Positions 41,601 through 50,620 of a stretch of 64,000 bases of DNA are shown here, in pieces; position 1 is the first letter of the stretch; every line of letters begins with the position of its first letter. This DNA is from Nitrosopumilaceae archaeon. GTDB lineage: Archaea; Thermoproteota; Nitrososphaeria; Nitrososphaerales; Nitrosopumilaceae. The position numbers and the translations under genes are program-made. A model generated the notes under the pieces. The model did not search any database. It was given only the letters and a program-made list of their open reading frames with translations, and was not told the origin of the DNA. The stretch spans positions 736,001-800,000 of the forward strand of contig OZ242274.1 of the NCBI GenBank assembly GCA_965207375.1, written 5' to 3'.

Positions 41601-44600
41601 TTTGATGAAGCAGTTTCAGATTATGACACCGATTCTCCCAAGACATTTAGCTCACAAAAGCTAAACTTGGGAACAACTCCTATACAGGCTGTACTAGATA
41701 CAGGCGCTAAAGGAGCAGTCGGTACTTATACTTCTGAACAGTTGAGGATTCTTAACGACACCGATAAAATCGGTACAGGCGTTGGCGACATCGTCTTGTT
41801 AAGTTACTCTTCAGCAGCAACATCATTTGCAGAACCAGGTGACGGTATCTTTAGATTGACTACAGATACATCTCGTCAGGTGGAGCATATAGTAACAGAA
41901 CTGATTCCATCTAACTTTGACAATATCATATCCATACACCTTGATGATGCATGGAGTAATGATTATGTTGATGCATTAGAGACTACATACGGTAACAATC
42001 ATAGAACTATCGCATACGATACTGCATACGACACTACACCAGCTAACATGACAGCACAGTTTGCAAGCGTACTAAGCGACACTACTACCGGATTATCAGG
42101 TCTTGATGCACAAACTGCAATCGTGATCCTTGAATTTGATCATGATAGACTTGATGCACTGGTAACAGAACTTGCTAGGACGAACGGTTATGCCAACATT
42201 GAGACCACAAAGTTCATCATTCCTGATGTTCCAAGTGGTGCTTTTGGTTCTACTTTACACGCTGATGCTCTTACATTGCTAAAATCCACAGACATGAAGA
42301 CGATAAAGTTTGCACTAAGTGACAATGAACAAGGTCAAACAGCATTAAAGGCAGCTCTGCAAGCTCAGAGTCCTAACAATGAAGTAGACCTTGACAGTTT
42401 CGGTAACATCTTTGACAGACATGCATATGCCGCATATGACGCAGGTCAAATCCTAACACGGGCAATAGATGCTCTTGGAACAGAATATACATCTGCTCAA
42501 CTAGATGCAGCTATACCAACTGCAGCAGCAGCTTATAGCTCTGATGCTTTGATATACAATACAGTGCTAAACGCCAATGGCGATTTGCAATGTATGATAT
42601 ATGACATATTTGAAATTGATGACACCCAAACAGGATTTGCACTTTCAGAGCCAACGCAAGCAACTACTGACGCTACTAACTGTGCTATAACCTACCCACC
42701 AACTATCAATGCAATCTCACCAGATGCACAGATAGTATACGTAGGTGATGAAAAACGCATTACACTAACCTCAAACGCTGACGGTGCTACATACAGTCAC
42801 GACTATGACAATCCAGCAATTTTGTTTAATGAAAGAACTGGAGTCTTTTCATGGGACGTAACTACTAGTGACTTGGATGATAAACCAATAAACATCGAAA
42901 CTATAGAGTTTACAGTCACTAACGGTACAGGTTCATCTTCTACATCTGTAGAGTTTGTAATAGTACCAACACGTGGAGTTGATGACCAAGACAGACCTCT
43001 TCCAGAGCGTGTCTCCGTACTATACGATAATACCTCAGAACTTGAACAAAAATTCGCTGAGGTAGTTCGTGTGGCAGTCTTTGATTACAATGCAGATAGC
43101 AATCCAGACAAGGTAAGTGACGCAGATGTTGAATTTGATGGACAGTCAGTTCCTCCAAGTACTCCAATAACTGATACATTTGAAGGAGTTGCACAACTGA
43201 TGAACGGTACAACATTCGAATACACCGGTGACACTATCAAGCGTGAAGGTACAACTATTACCAAAGGCGCAATTTACAACTACGCCGGTCCAGACACCTT
43301 CACCTTCAACGGTACAACATTCAACCACGACAGTGCAACACATACATTTGGACCTCAATTCTACAACGCTACAGTAGGAACATACACTTCTGCACAACTA
43401 GAAACGTTCAACACTGAACAATGGGCAGATGACATGGTGTTCCTAAGTTATGCATCAACTGCATCAACTCTATCACTTGACGACCACATATTCAGACTCA
43501 CGGCCGATAACGCATATCAGGTCGAAAACGTCCTAAAACCAGAACTAGACAAATATGACGGCAAAATCATAACCATACATCGTAATGATACATGGAGTGC
43601 CGATTATGTCGATATTCTAAAGGGCGAATATTCTGATCTCGTCGAGATACAGTATAACGCATCATTGTATCACAGAATCAACAATGCTGACTATTACAAC
43701 GATACGATAGGTGAGGTATATGAGGCAGAATTTGGAACAGACGGAATACCTGCTGACTCTGCAATTGTTATCTTTGCATTTGACGAATCAAGAGAAATAG
43801 TTCAAGCACTTGCAAGAGCAGGTAGCAATGACGGTTGGCAATTTAAGGACGTCAATGATACAAGGATTATCATTCCTGACTTGTCAGGTGACTTTAATGA
43901 CTTGACCGATGACGCACAATCAGACCCGGTACAACTACTCAAAGACACAAATGCAACAACAATCAGATTTGACGTAAAGAATAGCACTCTGCTAGCTGGA
44001 CAATTCCATAATAACCCAGATAGTTCTGATGAAGCAAACTTTAGCAAGTATAAAGAAATAACTGACGTCGCATATCCGGGTAGCGTTAACCGCAACTTTA
44101 CAGACGTTGCAGATAACAGGCACATATTTTCTGCATACGATGCAGGATATATCATGGCCAAAGCACTTGACATAATCGGACCAGGTCCAGACCAGGTAGA
44201 GCAACTCAAGGAGTTAATACCATGGGTAGCAAACCAGTACAGCGACCATGCACTGATTCACAACACCAAGATAGGTGCAAACGGCGACCTTGAAGAGATG
44301 AAATATGTCTTTGTAGAGATTAACGATAACTCAACCACAGGTGATCTAGAATGGATGGTCACAGTAGCACATGATCCTGACGCAGGCACTACAGCATCTG
44401 TACAGATGTTTAACAGTCCGCAGCTAGTATCATGTATTGACTGTGCAATTAATTCATTTGGTGAAATCTTTGGACAAACAGTTCAGATACAGCAAACACA
44501 GTCAGTTGATGCAGATACAGTCACAGAGCTATTCAACATTCCAAACAACGCCAAAGTAGGACTCCTCATAGAATATGACCGTTCTGATACTGATGCAGTA

Positions 44601-47474
44601 AATGACCCAATTGTATTGGACTTTTTCTCATTTGGATTCACAAATGATGGAACAGCTGCCTCAGATAGAGTATCAAACCAAATAGTCAGACTTGAATTGG
44701 AAGAAACTGGCGATAACACTGACACCTTCATAGGTGGCCTTGAATATGTCATGCTAAACCAACTCAACATTCTGGACAAAGAAACCTATACCGGACTAAG
44801 TCCAATATCTGACGAGCCAACATTTATCGTAATGGAGGACTTGACAGACGAGGACTCTCCAAGAGTCAATTATCTTGATCTAGGAGCAGACGGTGTATCA
44901 ACACAGATTGCTGACCAACAAGAGGCACCATCACACTCTGGTGTGGTAGCACTTGATTCAGACAACTACAAGGTTGCTGATACAGTGATTATCACATTGA
45001 CTGATGCTGACCTCAACGTGGACAGCGACTTGATTGATATTTTCACTACAGTCGCACCTGGAAATGGCGACATGTCTGATACAGTAGGTAAGGATGTAAA
45101 GTTCAATGACGCATCAGTCAGTATTGGTGATGCTCCATTAGGACGATTACTTGATGTTACCATTGACGACAAGACATGGACTGTAAACAACTGTGATTTG
45201 AGCAACATTGACGACGGCCTGCATGATACAGGTTTCACACTAATTGAAACCAGTACTGCAAGTGGTGTCTTTACGGGCTCATTCCAGATACCATCTGAAT
45301 ATTGTCCAGAAGGTGAAACAGAACGAAAATCTGTTACCGGTAACGATTTAGAGGTAAACTATGTCGACTTTAGAGATGCATCTGGTGAAATCATCGAAGT
45401 TGGTGATTCAGCAGGTGTACGAGCCAGCACTGGTTCAATATCTCTTGACAGAACGGTTTATCCAGTTCCATTTGGTGAAAACACATTCAATTTGCATGCT
45501 TCAGCAGGCGATGACGAATATCTACCAGAAGGTACTGTATCACTTCACGTTAGGGTCTCAGATCCTGACTATGATATATCAGCCTCTGGTGAGGATGTAA
45601 TCGCAGAAGGAACAACAGGACCTGTAACGGTAACAGTATCTAGAGGATCTGATAGTAAAGTAGTAGCAACAGCAGGTGCAGCATCTGCAAATGCTAATCA
45701 AGTACTTGAGATAGACGGTGAGAATGTAACCGTACCTGAATATGGACCAATCACAGAAATTGCACCTGACGCTGGAATCTTTGAAGCAGACATTACAATC
45801 AGTTCTACTGACGGACCTTATACAAGGGAATGTCCAGATAGTAACGGTTGTGTCTTGCAAGGAGACATTATTACTGTACAGTATGAGGATCCAACAGATG
45901 CATCTGGTGACGCAAACACAATTACCGATTCAGCTACATTTGATTTGAGAAACGCCGTATTGCAATCTGATAAATCAGTCTACATCATTGGAAGCGACAT
46001 GATTTTGACTCTAATAGAGCCAGACTTTGACCTTGACAGTGATGGAGCAGAAACATACTCACTTGATCTAATCGAGTGGGATTCAGATGCAGCAACTACG
46101 AGTATGGGCCCACTTGGTGGAGATAATGCAGCAGCATTTGATCCAGAACCAAACGCATTTAGAGAAACAGGCGACAGCACTGGAATCTTCCAGGTTGTAG
46201 TCGAAATTCCTGAAGCACTTAGTGGCGACAAACTCGAAAGAGGCGAAGAAATCGAACTAGAGTATACCGATTGGGGCCCATCCGGTTCTAACTATGTTGG
46301 TGAAGAAGACGAAGACATTAATCTTACAGTCTTCACATCAAACTTTGGTAGTACGGTGGAGCTAGACCAAAAGGTCTACACTTGGACTGATAAGGTCTAC
46401 ATTACTATTGTAGCACCTGACCACAACTTCGATTCTGACTTGATAGATGAAATAGGTAACAGTGATGACGATCCAATAAGGGTTGCAACTAGAAGTGCAG
46501 ATCTTGACAACTACAAGTTGGTAGAGACAGGCACCGATACTGGAATCTTTACTGGTGAGGTAATCCTTACAGGATTTGCACACGATGCTAATGGTGACGG
46601 AGAAACTGACGACTCAAACCCACGTACCGGTGACGGTACTGGCAACATTAAGGGCTTGGGCCCAACCAACGGATTCCTAGAAACTGAGGATGATGACGGA
46701 CTATCAGTATCCTTTGAATTTTCAGAGGATGAAACTGTGATAGGTTCATCATTAATCAGATGGAATATCGGTGAGGTTCAATGGCTTGAAGCAAGCTATG
46801 CAGCTAGCGGTACAGGTTTGGTAAGAGTAGTAGACCCCGACATGAATTTGAACCCAGAATCAGTTGACAACTTTGAGATTGATATTTGGTCAGATACACA
46901 TGCCGGAGGTATTGACTTGACTGTAACTGAGACAAACCAGGCTACTGGAATCTTTGAGGGCACAGTATTCTTTACTGTGACTGACGAGTCTTCCGGACAC
47001 AGACTGCGAGTCTCAGAAGGTGACACTGTAACTGCAGAATATGCAGACCGTACACTACCTGACCCACACGATACAACAGATAAGATTGATATTTCTGCCA
47101 CAACCCAGATTGGCTCACTCATACCTCCACTCGAGAGAGCACCAGCTACCAACTTGAGAGTAGTTGATGCATTTAGCAACACGCTAGATACTATTTCAGT
47201 GGACTCACAGGTACAGATTACAGCCGACTTGGCAAACGGTCAGGATAAAGATCAGCCATTTGCATACATCGTACAGATTCAGGATAGTAGCAGTGTAACT
47301 GTAGCCCTTGCATGGGTTTCAGGAACATTGACACCTTCACAGTCGTTTAGTCCAGCATTATCATGGACCCCCTCAGAAGCAGGAACATACACTGCAACTG
47401 CATTTGTTTGGGAATCTGTAGATAATCCAACTGCACTATCACCACCAAACGAACTCACAATAACTGTCAACTAG
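38604..47474 (+). CDS. Thaumarchaeal S-layer protein (SlaA-like) with a large multi-domain insertion
   Basis: Signal MYNEIYKKLTSLTLMAIMVAGGMTFAVPG..AYA; NANLFVSAENS.F.N; repeated ETG..TGIF.G Ig-like units; C-terminal WESVDNPTALSP. Confidence 0.9.
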   Translation: MYNEIYKKLTSLTLMAIMVAGGMTFAVPGMVPEAYAANANLFVSAENSLFDNYMSGPQVIEVAIIDSSISDTDEGKGEPDVTVNGNNLRMVQATDGNWYGYFADYEMATEAAKPGNGLYFGTSGSASDIGLTEFEADGLFYNNKTNDNVKLNVVRESKNVNDFKGGQIGIAENNWPFIQLYTLNPTGNVVIQYNKGGGAQTTTLTFDTVDDFAGIELDRTSYPQGAQVHATVTDVWLNIDPTDEDSWTFATNDGTAFYHIFNDNGGNGTNNADVPVDPTELMCSDCALLLNPNVQGADKHVITIQGNADSMVANDGPTVATADAWRGSAVIENLDEGTQPVTITEQGPNSGIFGTYDEADKSVLKIIDDAARGTSATLDYNDSPVSVLVTHAFAEIDIQPTSDTWNSGELIPVVLVDADINKNTRADENISLSDPSYQIIPSLRTGNPITLGSGDIMVSYDGSAMQGTDVDAFSDRAILDDAMGGDTVSSVLIDLGITGGDLKGSLINSNADNTYGYNLFNYNIDSLTDENVNISLVHGDDLAAPDGTIKIVCDASNSGLELLPHENCKQDIRPSEPTALSASPRSATSVALSWTASENAGSSSITDYKVEYRIANTNNWMTFDDGVSTSTMATVTGLTDGTEYAFRVSAVNSVGTGYSSDEDKATATNVQNKPDAPSDLMVTSQGDTQIMLSWAAPSDGGSPITSYTIQQSNDLGSTFKNANTTSPVTGITATVTGLDPETTYIFQVSAVNSIGPSDYSDRVSAKTTPASNGGQQPNPNTPNVAPVITAITPKAATVGQALTFTVVATDANPADTTFTYSFSQPQGQTLTSTPDWTPTTGVFTWTPDAADIGDKIFTFIAMDDGAARSAPVSVTITVSAASNGGSNNDPVVTPGQAPSGIAGTALEHQILATDDDAGDSLTYTLINGPGTLTISRTGLIEWDAPSAGSHEVSFRVSDGTSTVRGTITITITAPTPTSIVIPLLYNSGSAYESQHFGAAFDEAVSDYDTDSPKTFSSQKLNLGTTPIQAVLDTGAKGAVGTYTSEQLRILNDTDKIGTGVGDIVLLSYSSAATSFAEPGDGIFRLTTDTSRQVEHIVTELIPSNFDNIISIHLDDAWSNDYVDALETTYGNNHRTIAYDTAYDTTPANMTAQFASVLSDTTTGLSGLDAQTAIVILEFDHDRLDALVTELARTNGYANIETTKFIIPDVPSGAFGSTLHADALTLLKSTDMKTIKFALSDNEQGQTALKAALQAQSPNNEVDLDSFGNIFDRHAYAAYDAGQILTRAIDALGTEYTSAQLDAAIPTAAAAYSSDALIYNTVLNANGDLQCMIYDIFEIDDTQTGFALSEPTQATTDATNCAITYPPTINAISPDAQIVYVGDEKRITLTSNADGATYSHDYDNPAILFNERTGVFSWDVTTSDLDDKPINIETIEFTVTNGTGSSSTSVEFVIVPTRGVDDQDRPLPERVSVLYDNTSELEQKFAEVVRVAVFDYNADSNPDKVSDADVEFDGQSVPPSTPITDTFEGVAQLMNGTTFEYTGDTIKREGTTITKGAIYNYAGPDTFTFNGTTFNHDSATHTFGPQFYNATVGTYTSAQLETFNTEQWADDMVFLSYASTASTLSLDDHIFRLTADNAYQVENVLKPELDKYDGKIITIHRNDTWSADYVDILKGEYSDLVEIQYNASLYHRINNADYYNDTIGEVYEAEFGTDGIPADSAIVIFAFDESREIVQALARAGSNDGWQFKDVNDTRIIIPDLSGDFNDLTDDAQSDPVQLLKDTNATTIRFDVKNSTLLAGQFHNNPDSSDEANFSKYKEITDVAYPGSVNRNFTDVADNRHIFSAYDAGYIMAKALDIIGPGPDQVEQLKELIPWVANQYSDHALIHNTKIGANGDLEEMKYVFVEINDNSTTGDLEWMVTVAHDPDAGTTASVQMFNSPQLVSCIDCAINSFGEIFGQTVQIQQTQSVDADTVTELFNIPNNAKVGLLIEYDRSDTDAVNDPIVLDFFSFGFTNDGTAASDRVSNQIVRLELEETGDNTDTFIGGLEYVMLNQLNILDKETYTGLSPISDEPTFIVMEDLTDEDSPRVNYLDLGADGVSTQIADQQEAPSHSGVVALDSDNYKVADTVIITLTDADLNVDSDLIDIFTTVAPGNGDMSDTVGKDVKFNDASVSIGDAPLGRLLDVTIDDKTWTVNNCDLSNIDDGLHDTGFTLIETSTASGVFTGSFQIPSEYCPEGETERKSVTGNDLEVNYVDFRDASGEIIEVGDSAGVRASTGSISLDRTVYPVPFGENTFNLHASAGDDEYLPEGTVSLHVRVSDPDYDISASGEDVIAEGTTGPVTVTVSRGSDSKVVATAGAASANANQVLEIDGENVTVPEYGPITEIAPDAGIFEADITISSTDGPYTRECPDSNGCVLQGDIITVQYEDPTDASGDANTITDSATFDLRNAVLQSDKSVYIIGSDMILTLIEPDFDLDSDGAETYSLDLIEWDSDAATTSMGPLGGDNAAAFDPEPNAFRETGDSTGIFQVVVEIPEALSGDKLERGEEIELEYTDWGPSGSNYVGEEDEDINLTVFTSNFGSTVELDQKVYTWTDKVYITIVAPDHNFDSDLIDEIGNSDDDPIRVATRSADLDNYKLVETGTDTGIFTGEVILTGFAHDANGDGETDDSNPRTGDGTGNIKGLGPTNGFLETEDDDGLSVSFEFSEDETVIGSSLIRWNIGEVQWLEASYAASGTGLVRVVDPDMNLNPESVDNFEIDIWSDTHAGGIDLTVTETNQATGIFEGTVFFTVTDESSGHRLRVSEGDTVTAEYADRTLPDPHDTTDKIDISATTQIGSLIPPLERAPATNLRVVDAFSNTLDTISVDSQVQITADLANGQDKDQPFAYIVQIQDSSSVTVALAWVSGTLTPSQSFSPALSWTPSEAGTYTATAFVWESVDNPTALSPPNELTITVN

Positions 47475-47490
47475 ACTAGAAAACAACACA

Positions 47491-47510
47491 TTTCCCCTTT
47501 TCTTTTTATT
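47491..47510 (+). terminator. Pyrimidine/T-tract archaeal terminator after the S-layer gene
   Basis: TTTCCCCTTTTCTTTTTATT, 16 bp after the stop codon. Confidence 0.5.
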
Positions 47511-47532
47511 CTGAAACATCAACAATTCATGT

Positions 47533-47796
47533 CTACATACACAAAAGATCATCACGGTGTTTGAATTCATCTGCAACAGAATCACAGATAGAGTGTGCTT
47601 TGGATTCTGCTTGAATCGCATCTGCGCGGGTGGGATTCGGCCAGTCGCCTAGATATCTTGCCACATCCACTCATTGGATGAGATCATTCCGGTAGCCGTG
47701 CTTGTCCAAGATACTCCATTCGTTTGGCAGTAGGCTTCTTAAGATGTTCAGATTGTGTAATAGTGAAAACTCAATTTTTTCTAGTATGAAATCTAA
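47533..47796 (-). pseudogene. HEPN-domain gene fragment, 5'-truncated with an internal stop
   Basis: Manual translation LDFILEKIEFSLLHNLNILRSLLP...LIQ*VDVARYLGDWPNPTRADAIQA... matches the HEPN H.L..L / RYPG pattern; cut exactly at the repeat starting 47797. Confidence 0.6.
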
Positions 47797-47844
47797 CAGT
47801 TTCATGGATCATCTAAAAACCAGAATAACTTCCGAAAGTCGATC
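47797..47844 (+). repeat. 48-bp IS-end-like repeat, inverted copy of 37122-37169
   Basis: 44/48 identity; CAG terminus like ISH3/IS4 ends. Confidence 0.75.
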
Positions 47845-48128
47845 TGTTACAAATCCGGCTTGTTTCATTCTTGAATTGACTTGTCGTCTTTTATGGCAAG
47901 TATAGCGGTGCGCAAAAGTTCTTACCCGGCGATTCTACACATGACTCCCCCCTCACGTGAAAATAATGAGAAATCACGCCTGATTTTTTTGAAACTGTAC
48001 AAAAAAACACACAAGGTAAAAAAATATCTGCAAGAACAGTAAAAGATCGGATCGATTTAATCCAAACATGAAAGAGGCTAAGCTCTTATCGAATATACGC
48101 AGAACCGAAAAGGAAGGTGGGAATGATG

Positions 48129-49210
48129 AGAGGTGATCCGTAATTATTTGTCATGCGTGTCTGCTGCCATCCAGATGCCCTGCCTCAATCAGGCCATCTG
48201 ATCTAACCGCCACAATATGCTGCGGTTTACCAAACCGCACACAATATCGTTGATCCGGTCGTATTTTATGAGTGGATTCCTGTATACATTTCCCATAATA
48301 CGCCATGTTTTGACCCTGCGTATTGCATGTTCTACATATACACGAATCTTTGAGTGGATTTTGTTGTATTCTTTTTGCTCTTCTGTGAGCTTTGCACCCT
48401 TTTTCTTTTTGATTGGAGTGCACAGTATCCCTCCAGGAACCTCAGGTGCCCCTTGGTATCCTCTGTCTGCATATATGGTGACCTGTGCCTCATCAGGTAT
48501 TTTCTCTGGAAATGTTGGAGGTTTTTTCTTGTATACTGTAACGTCATGTATTTTTCCTGGCGAATGACGTGTCTTGTGCACGATTAGTCCATGCGTGTTA
48601 GTCGTATATTGTATCTTAGAGGTGTGCGCTCCTGCTTTGCCCGAATAGTGAGACTTTTCCATGTCCTTGCGTCCTGGTCTTTGTATTTTCTGTTCTGAGG
48701 CATCAACAAGACATCTAAGACCTGGAAGAATCTCTTCTAATTCCTCTATGGAGGAAATTCTTTGCATCTTGTCATGTATTTTGGAAGGTATAGGAATGCA
48801 TAGTTTGAGGATGGGCTCTATATGGGTAATAGAGCGCGATACTGATGCTTGTCCTATTTCAAACATGACTGCTGCTACATCTTGTGTGCAGTATGTACGA
48901 TAGTAAAACAAAAGTAGCATCACCTGGTCTCGTACATTTAATGCGAATCTGCGGCCTGCACCTATTGCGCGCACTCTGTTTTCTCTAGAGAGTCTCTTTT
49001 TTTCTGCTCTTGGATACTTTTTTTCCACCTTAGATACTAACAAATCAAATTCTTTGGCAGACATGCCTGTTATGGCACGAAATCTTCTGGTATTTTTTAC
49101 CAGTTTTTCATAGGACATCATGAGTTGTGGTAGATTCGGGTGATATTTGGATCTTTTTGGTATTGCTAGGCGTGAAATTTAGGGAAATTTGCTAATTACG
49201 AATCACCTCT
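48129..49210 (-). mobile_element. IS5-family insertion sequence, copy 2, 1082 bp
   Basis: Ends AGAGGTGATCCGTAATTA and TAATTACGAATCACCTCT; TSD ATG at 48126-48128 and 49211-49213. Confidence 0.9.
48189..49121 (-). CDS. IS5-family transposase, copy 2
   Basis: 310 aa; four substitutions seen versus 26898..27830. Confidence 0.9.
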   Translation of the reverse strand: MMSYEKLVKNTRRFRAITGMSAKEFDLLVSKVEKKYPRAEKKRLSRENRVRAIGAGRRFALNVRDQVMLLLFYYRTYCTQDVAAVMFEIGQASVSRSITHIEPILKLCIPIPSKIHDKMQRISSIEELEEILPGLRCLVDASEQKIQRPGRKDMEKSHYSGKAGAHTSKIQYTTNTHGLIVHKTRHSPGKIHDVTVYKKKPPTFPEKIPDEAQVTIYADRGYQGAPEVPGGILCTPIKKKKGAKLTEEQKEYNKIHSKIRVYVEHAIRRVKTWRIMGNVYRNPLIKYDRINDIVCGLVNRSILWRLDQMA

Positions 49211-49829
49211 ATGGTGTTGTTTTTGGGTGAGGTACCTTGGCATGTATCTCTTGATGCACAAGACTTTTTCAATGCACGAGATATCGTATTGATATGGTAT
49301 CCTGTGGGGCATCCATATCTTAATCCCGTAGAAGAGGTCTGGAGTATACTCAAGCGTTCAATTGATTACTCTACGGTATGCCGACATCAAGACACATCTA
49401 GCAGTATACAGATTTGTCAAAAAACACGAGTTTGATTATAATTTTAAAAAGCATTGTAAGAGAAAGCCTTCTGCTGGTATGCTGTCTTTGCTTAATCTTG
49501 GCGTATTGTGTAAGTTGTGTAAGATTTTATTCCTGCACCTAGTCTACTGATTTTGTGCCGAGTAAGAACTTTTGCGCACCGCTATATCCATATTATGCTG
49601 CCTGCATAGTTTTCTATCATTTCATAGGAAATATTGTCAAGCCGTAGCCTGTCAAGCATGTTACCTGAAATATCTGCGTTTGCTACATTAATTATATCGC
49701 CTGATTCTCATCTTGGACTATTGAAATTTCAAATTATGATTATCTAACTGTGTTTTTCCTCATGCGACCATCATTCTAGTCCACCTAAACCGTGTATTTT
49801 TCCTCATTTACCACACATAACAATACAAG

Positions 49830-49913
49830 CGCAGAGAGAGGGATTCGAACCCCCGTGTGATTGCTCACACAGGCTCTCAAGGCCCGCGCCCTACCAGGCT
49901 AGGCGACCTCTGC
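49830..49913 (-). tRNA. tRNA-Ser(UGA)
   Basis: GCAGAGG acceptor stem, anticodon loop CTTGAGA, long variable arm, GGTTCGAATCC T-arm, discriminator G. Confidence 0.95.
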
Positions 49914-49991
49914 AAAATTTGAAACAACTAGGTGATTAAAATTTGTTAGTGTATGAGACCTTTTGAAAAATAAGAAAAAAGAAAAATTTCT

Positions 49992-50528
49992 TTAATCGTG
50001 TGCGTGTGGGTTTGCAGAACCGCTTTCCATTTTTACAAATGAACCATCGGCTTTTTCATGATGTTCTAGGTATGAGGGCTCGATTAGAATTGCCTTTTCA
50101 GGACAAGCCTCTTGACAAGCCATACATTGAGTACAATCATGCTCCCTTATTGGTTGTGATTTGTCAGAATAATCTAGACGCTCATCTTGTTCAGTTAAAC
50201 CTGTTCCTTCAAAAGTCTCATCCAGGCAGTCTGCTGCCGGTATGTCTTTTTCGGTTCTGTACCATTGAAATGTCTGGACAGGACATACGCTCATACATGA
50301 GCCTTGTGCCGTACATTCGTCCCAGTCAACTGCAACAGTTGTTCCATGAATACCTAGGGGAACCTGTTCTTCGCCATGTGCTTCATAAGCTGCCTTTACC
50401 TCATCGTTAGAAAATGCATTGCCATCGGTTTTGCCTTTTCCCCAAATGAAGTGTTTGTTCTCACCATCAGAATGGTTTGTTTTTCCAACAACTTCTAGAT
50501 TTTCAACAAATTTCTCATCTATTGGCAT
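49992..50528 (-). CDS. Zn-ferredoxin-like dicluster ferredoxin, paralog 1
   Basis: LGIHGTTVAVDWDECTAQGSCMSVCP and CTQCMACQEACP, similar to Sulfolobus Zfx. Confidence 0.9.
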   Translation of the reverse strand: MPIDEKFVENLEVVGKTNHSDGENKHFIWGKGKTDGNAFSNDEVKAAYEAHGEEQVPLGIHGTTVAVDWDECTAQGSCMSVCPVQTFQWYRTEKDIPAADCLDETFEGTGLTEQDERLDYSDKSQPIREHDCTQCMACQEACPEKAILIEPSYLEHHEKADGSFVKMESGSANPHAHD

Positions 50529-50550
50529 GTCCTAATTATTTTGAGGATTA

Positions 50551-50558
50551 TATTTAAA
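50551..50558 (-). promoter_or_regulatory. TATA box (TTTAAATA) of ferredoxin paralog 1
   Basis: About 23 bp upstream of the ATG; same box and spacing at 51173-51180. Confidence 0.6.
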
Positions 50559-50620
50559 GCTAAACAAAATTAGTCGAGACTAAATACATTTGAGTGATTT
50601 TCATGTACAAAAAAGAAAAA

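Larger units (their letters stand above)
47903..49584 (+). mobile_element. Internally deleted IS630-family element hosting a nested IS5-family copy
   Basis: TIR TAGCGGTGCGCAAAAGTTCTTAC(C/T)CGGC at both ends, flanked by TA (47901-47902, 49585-49586); remnant motif YPVGHPYLNPVEEVW at 49211..49435. Confidence 0.85.

Noticed and set aside
47622-47645. GCGCGGGTGGGATTCGG, resembling a reversed tRNA 3' end or att site
   Set aside because: It does not match the tRNA-Ser 3' end and lacks TTCGA; it is explained as coding sequence of the HEPN fragment.
15900-49830. Provirus or integrative element at tRNA-Ser
   Set aside because: No integrase, capsid, packaging or replication gene, and no att duplication seen.
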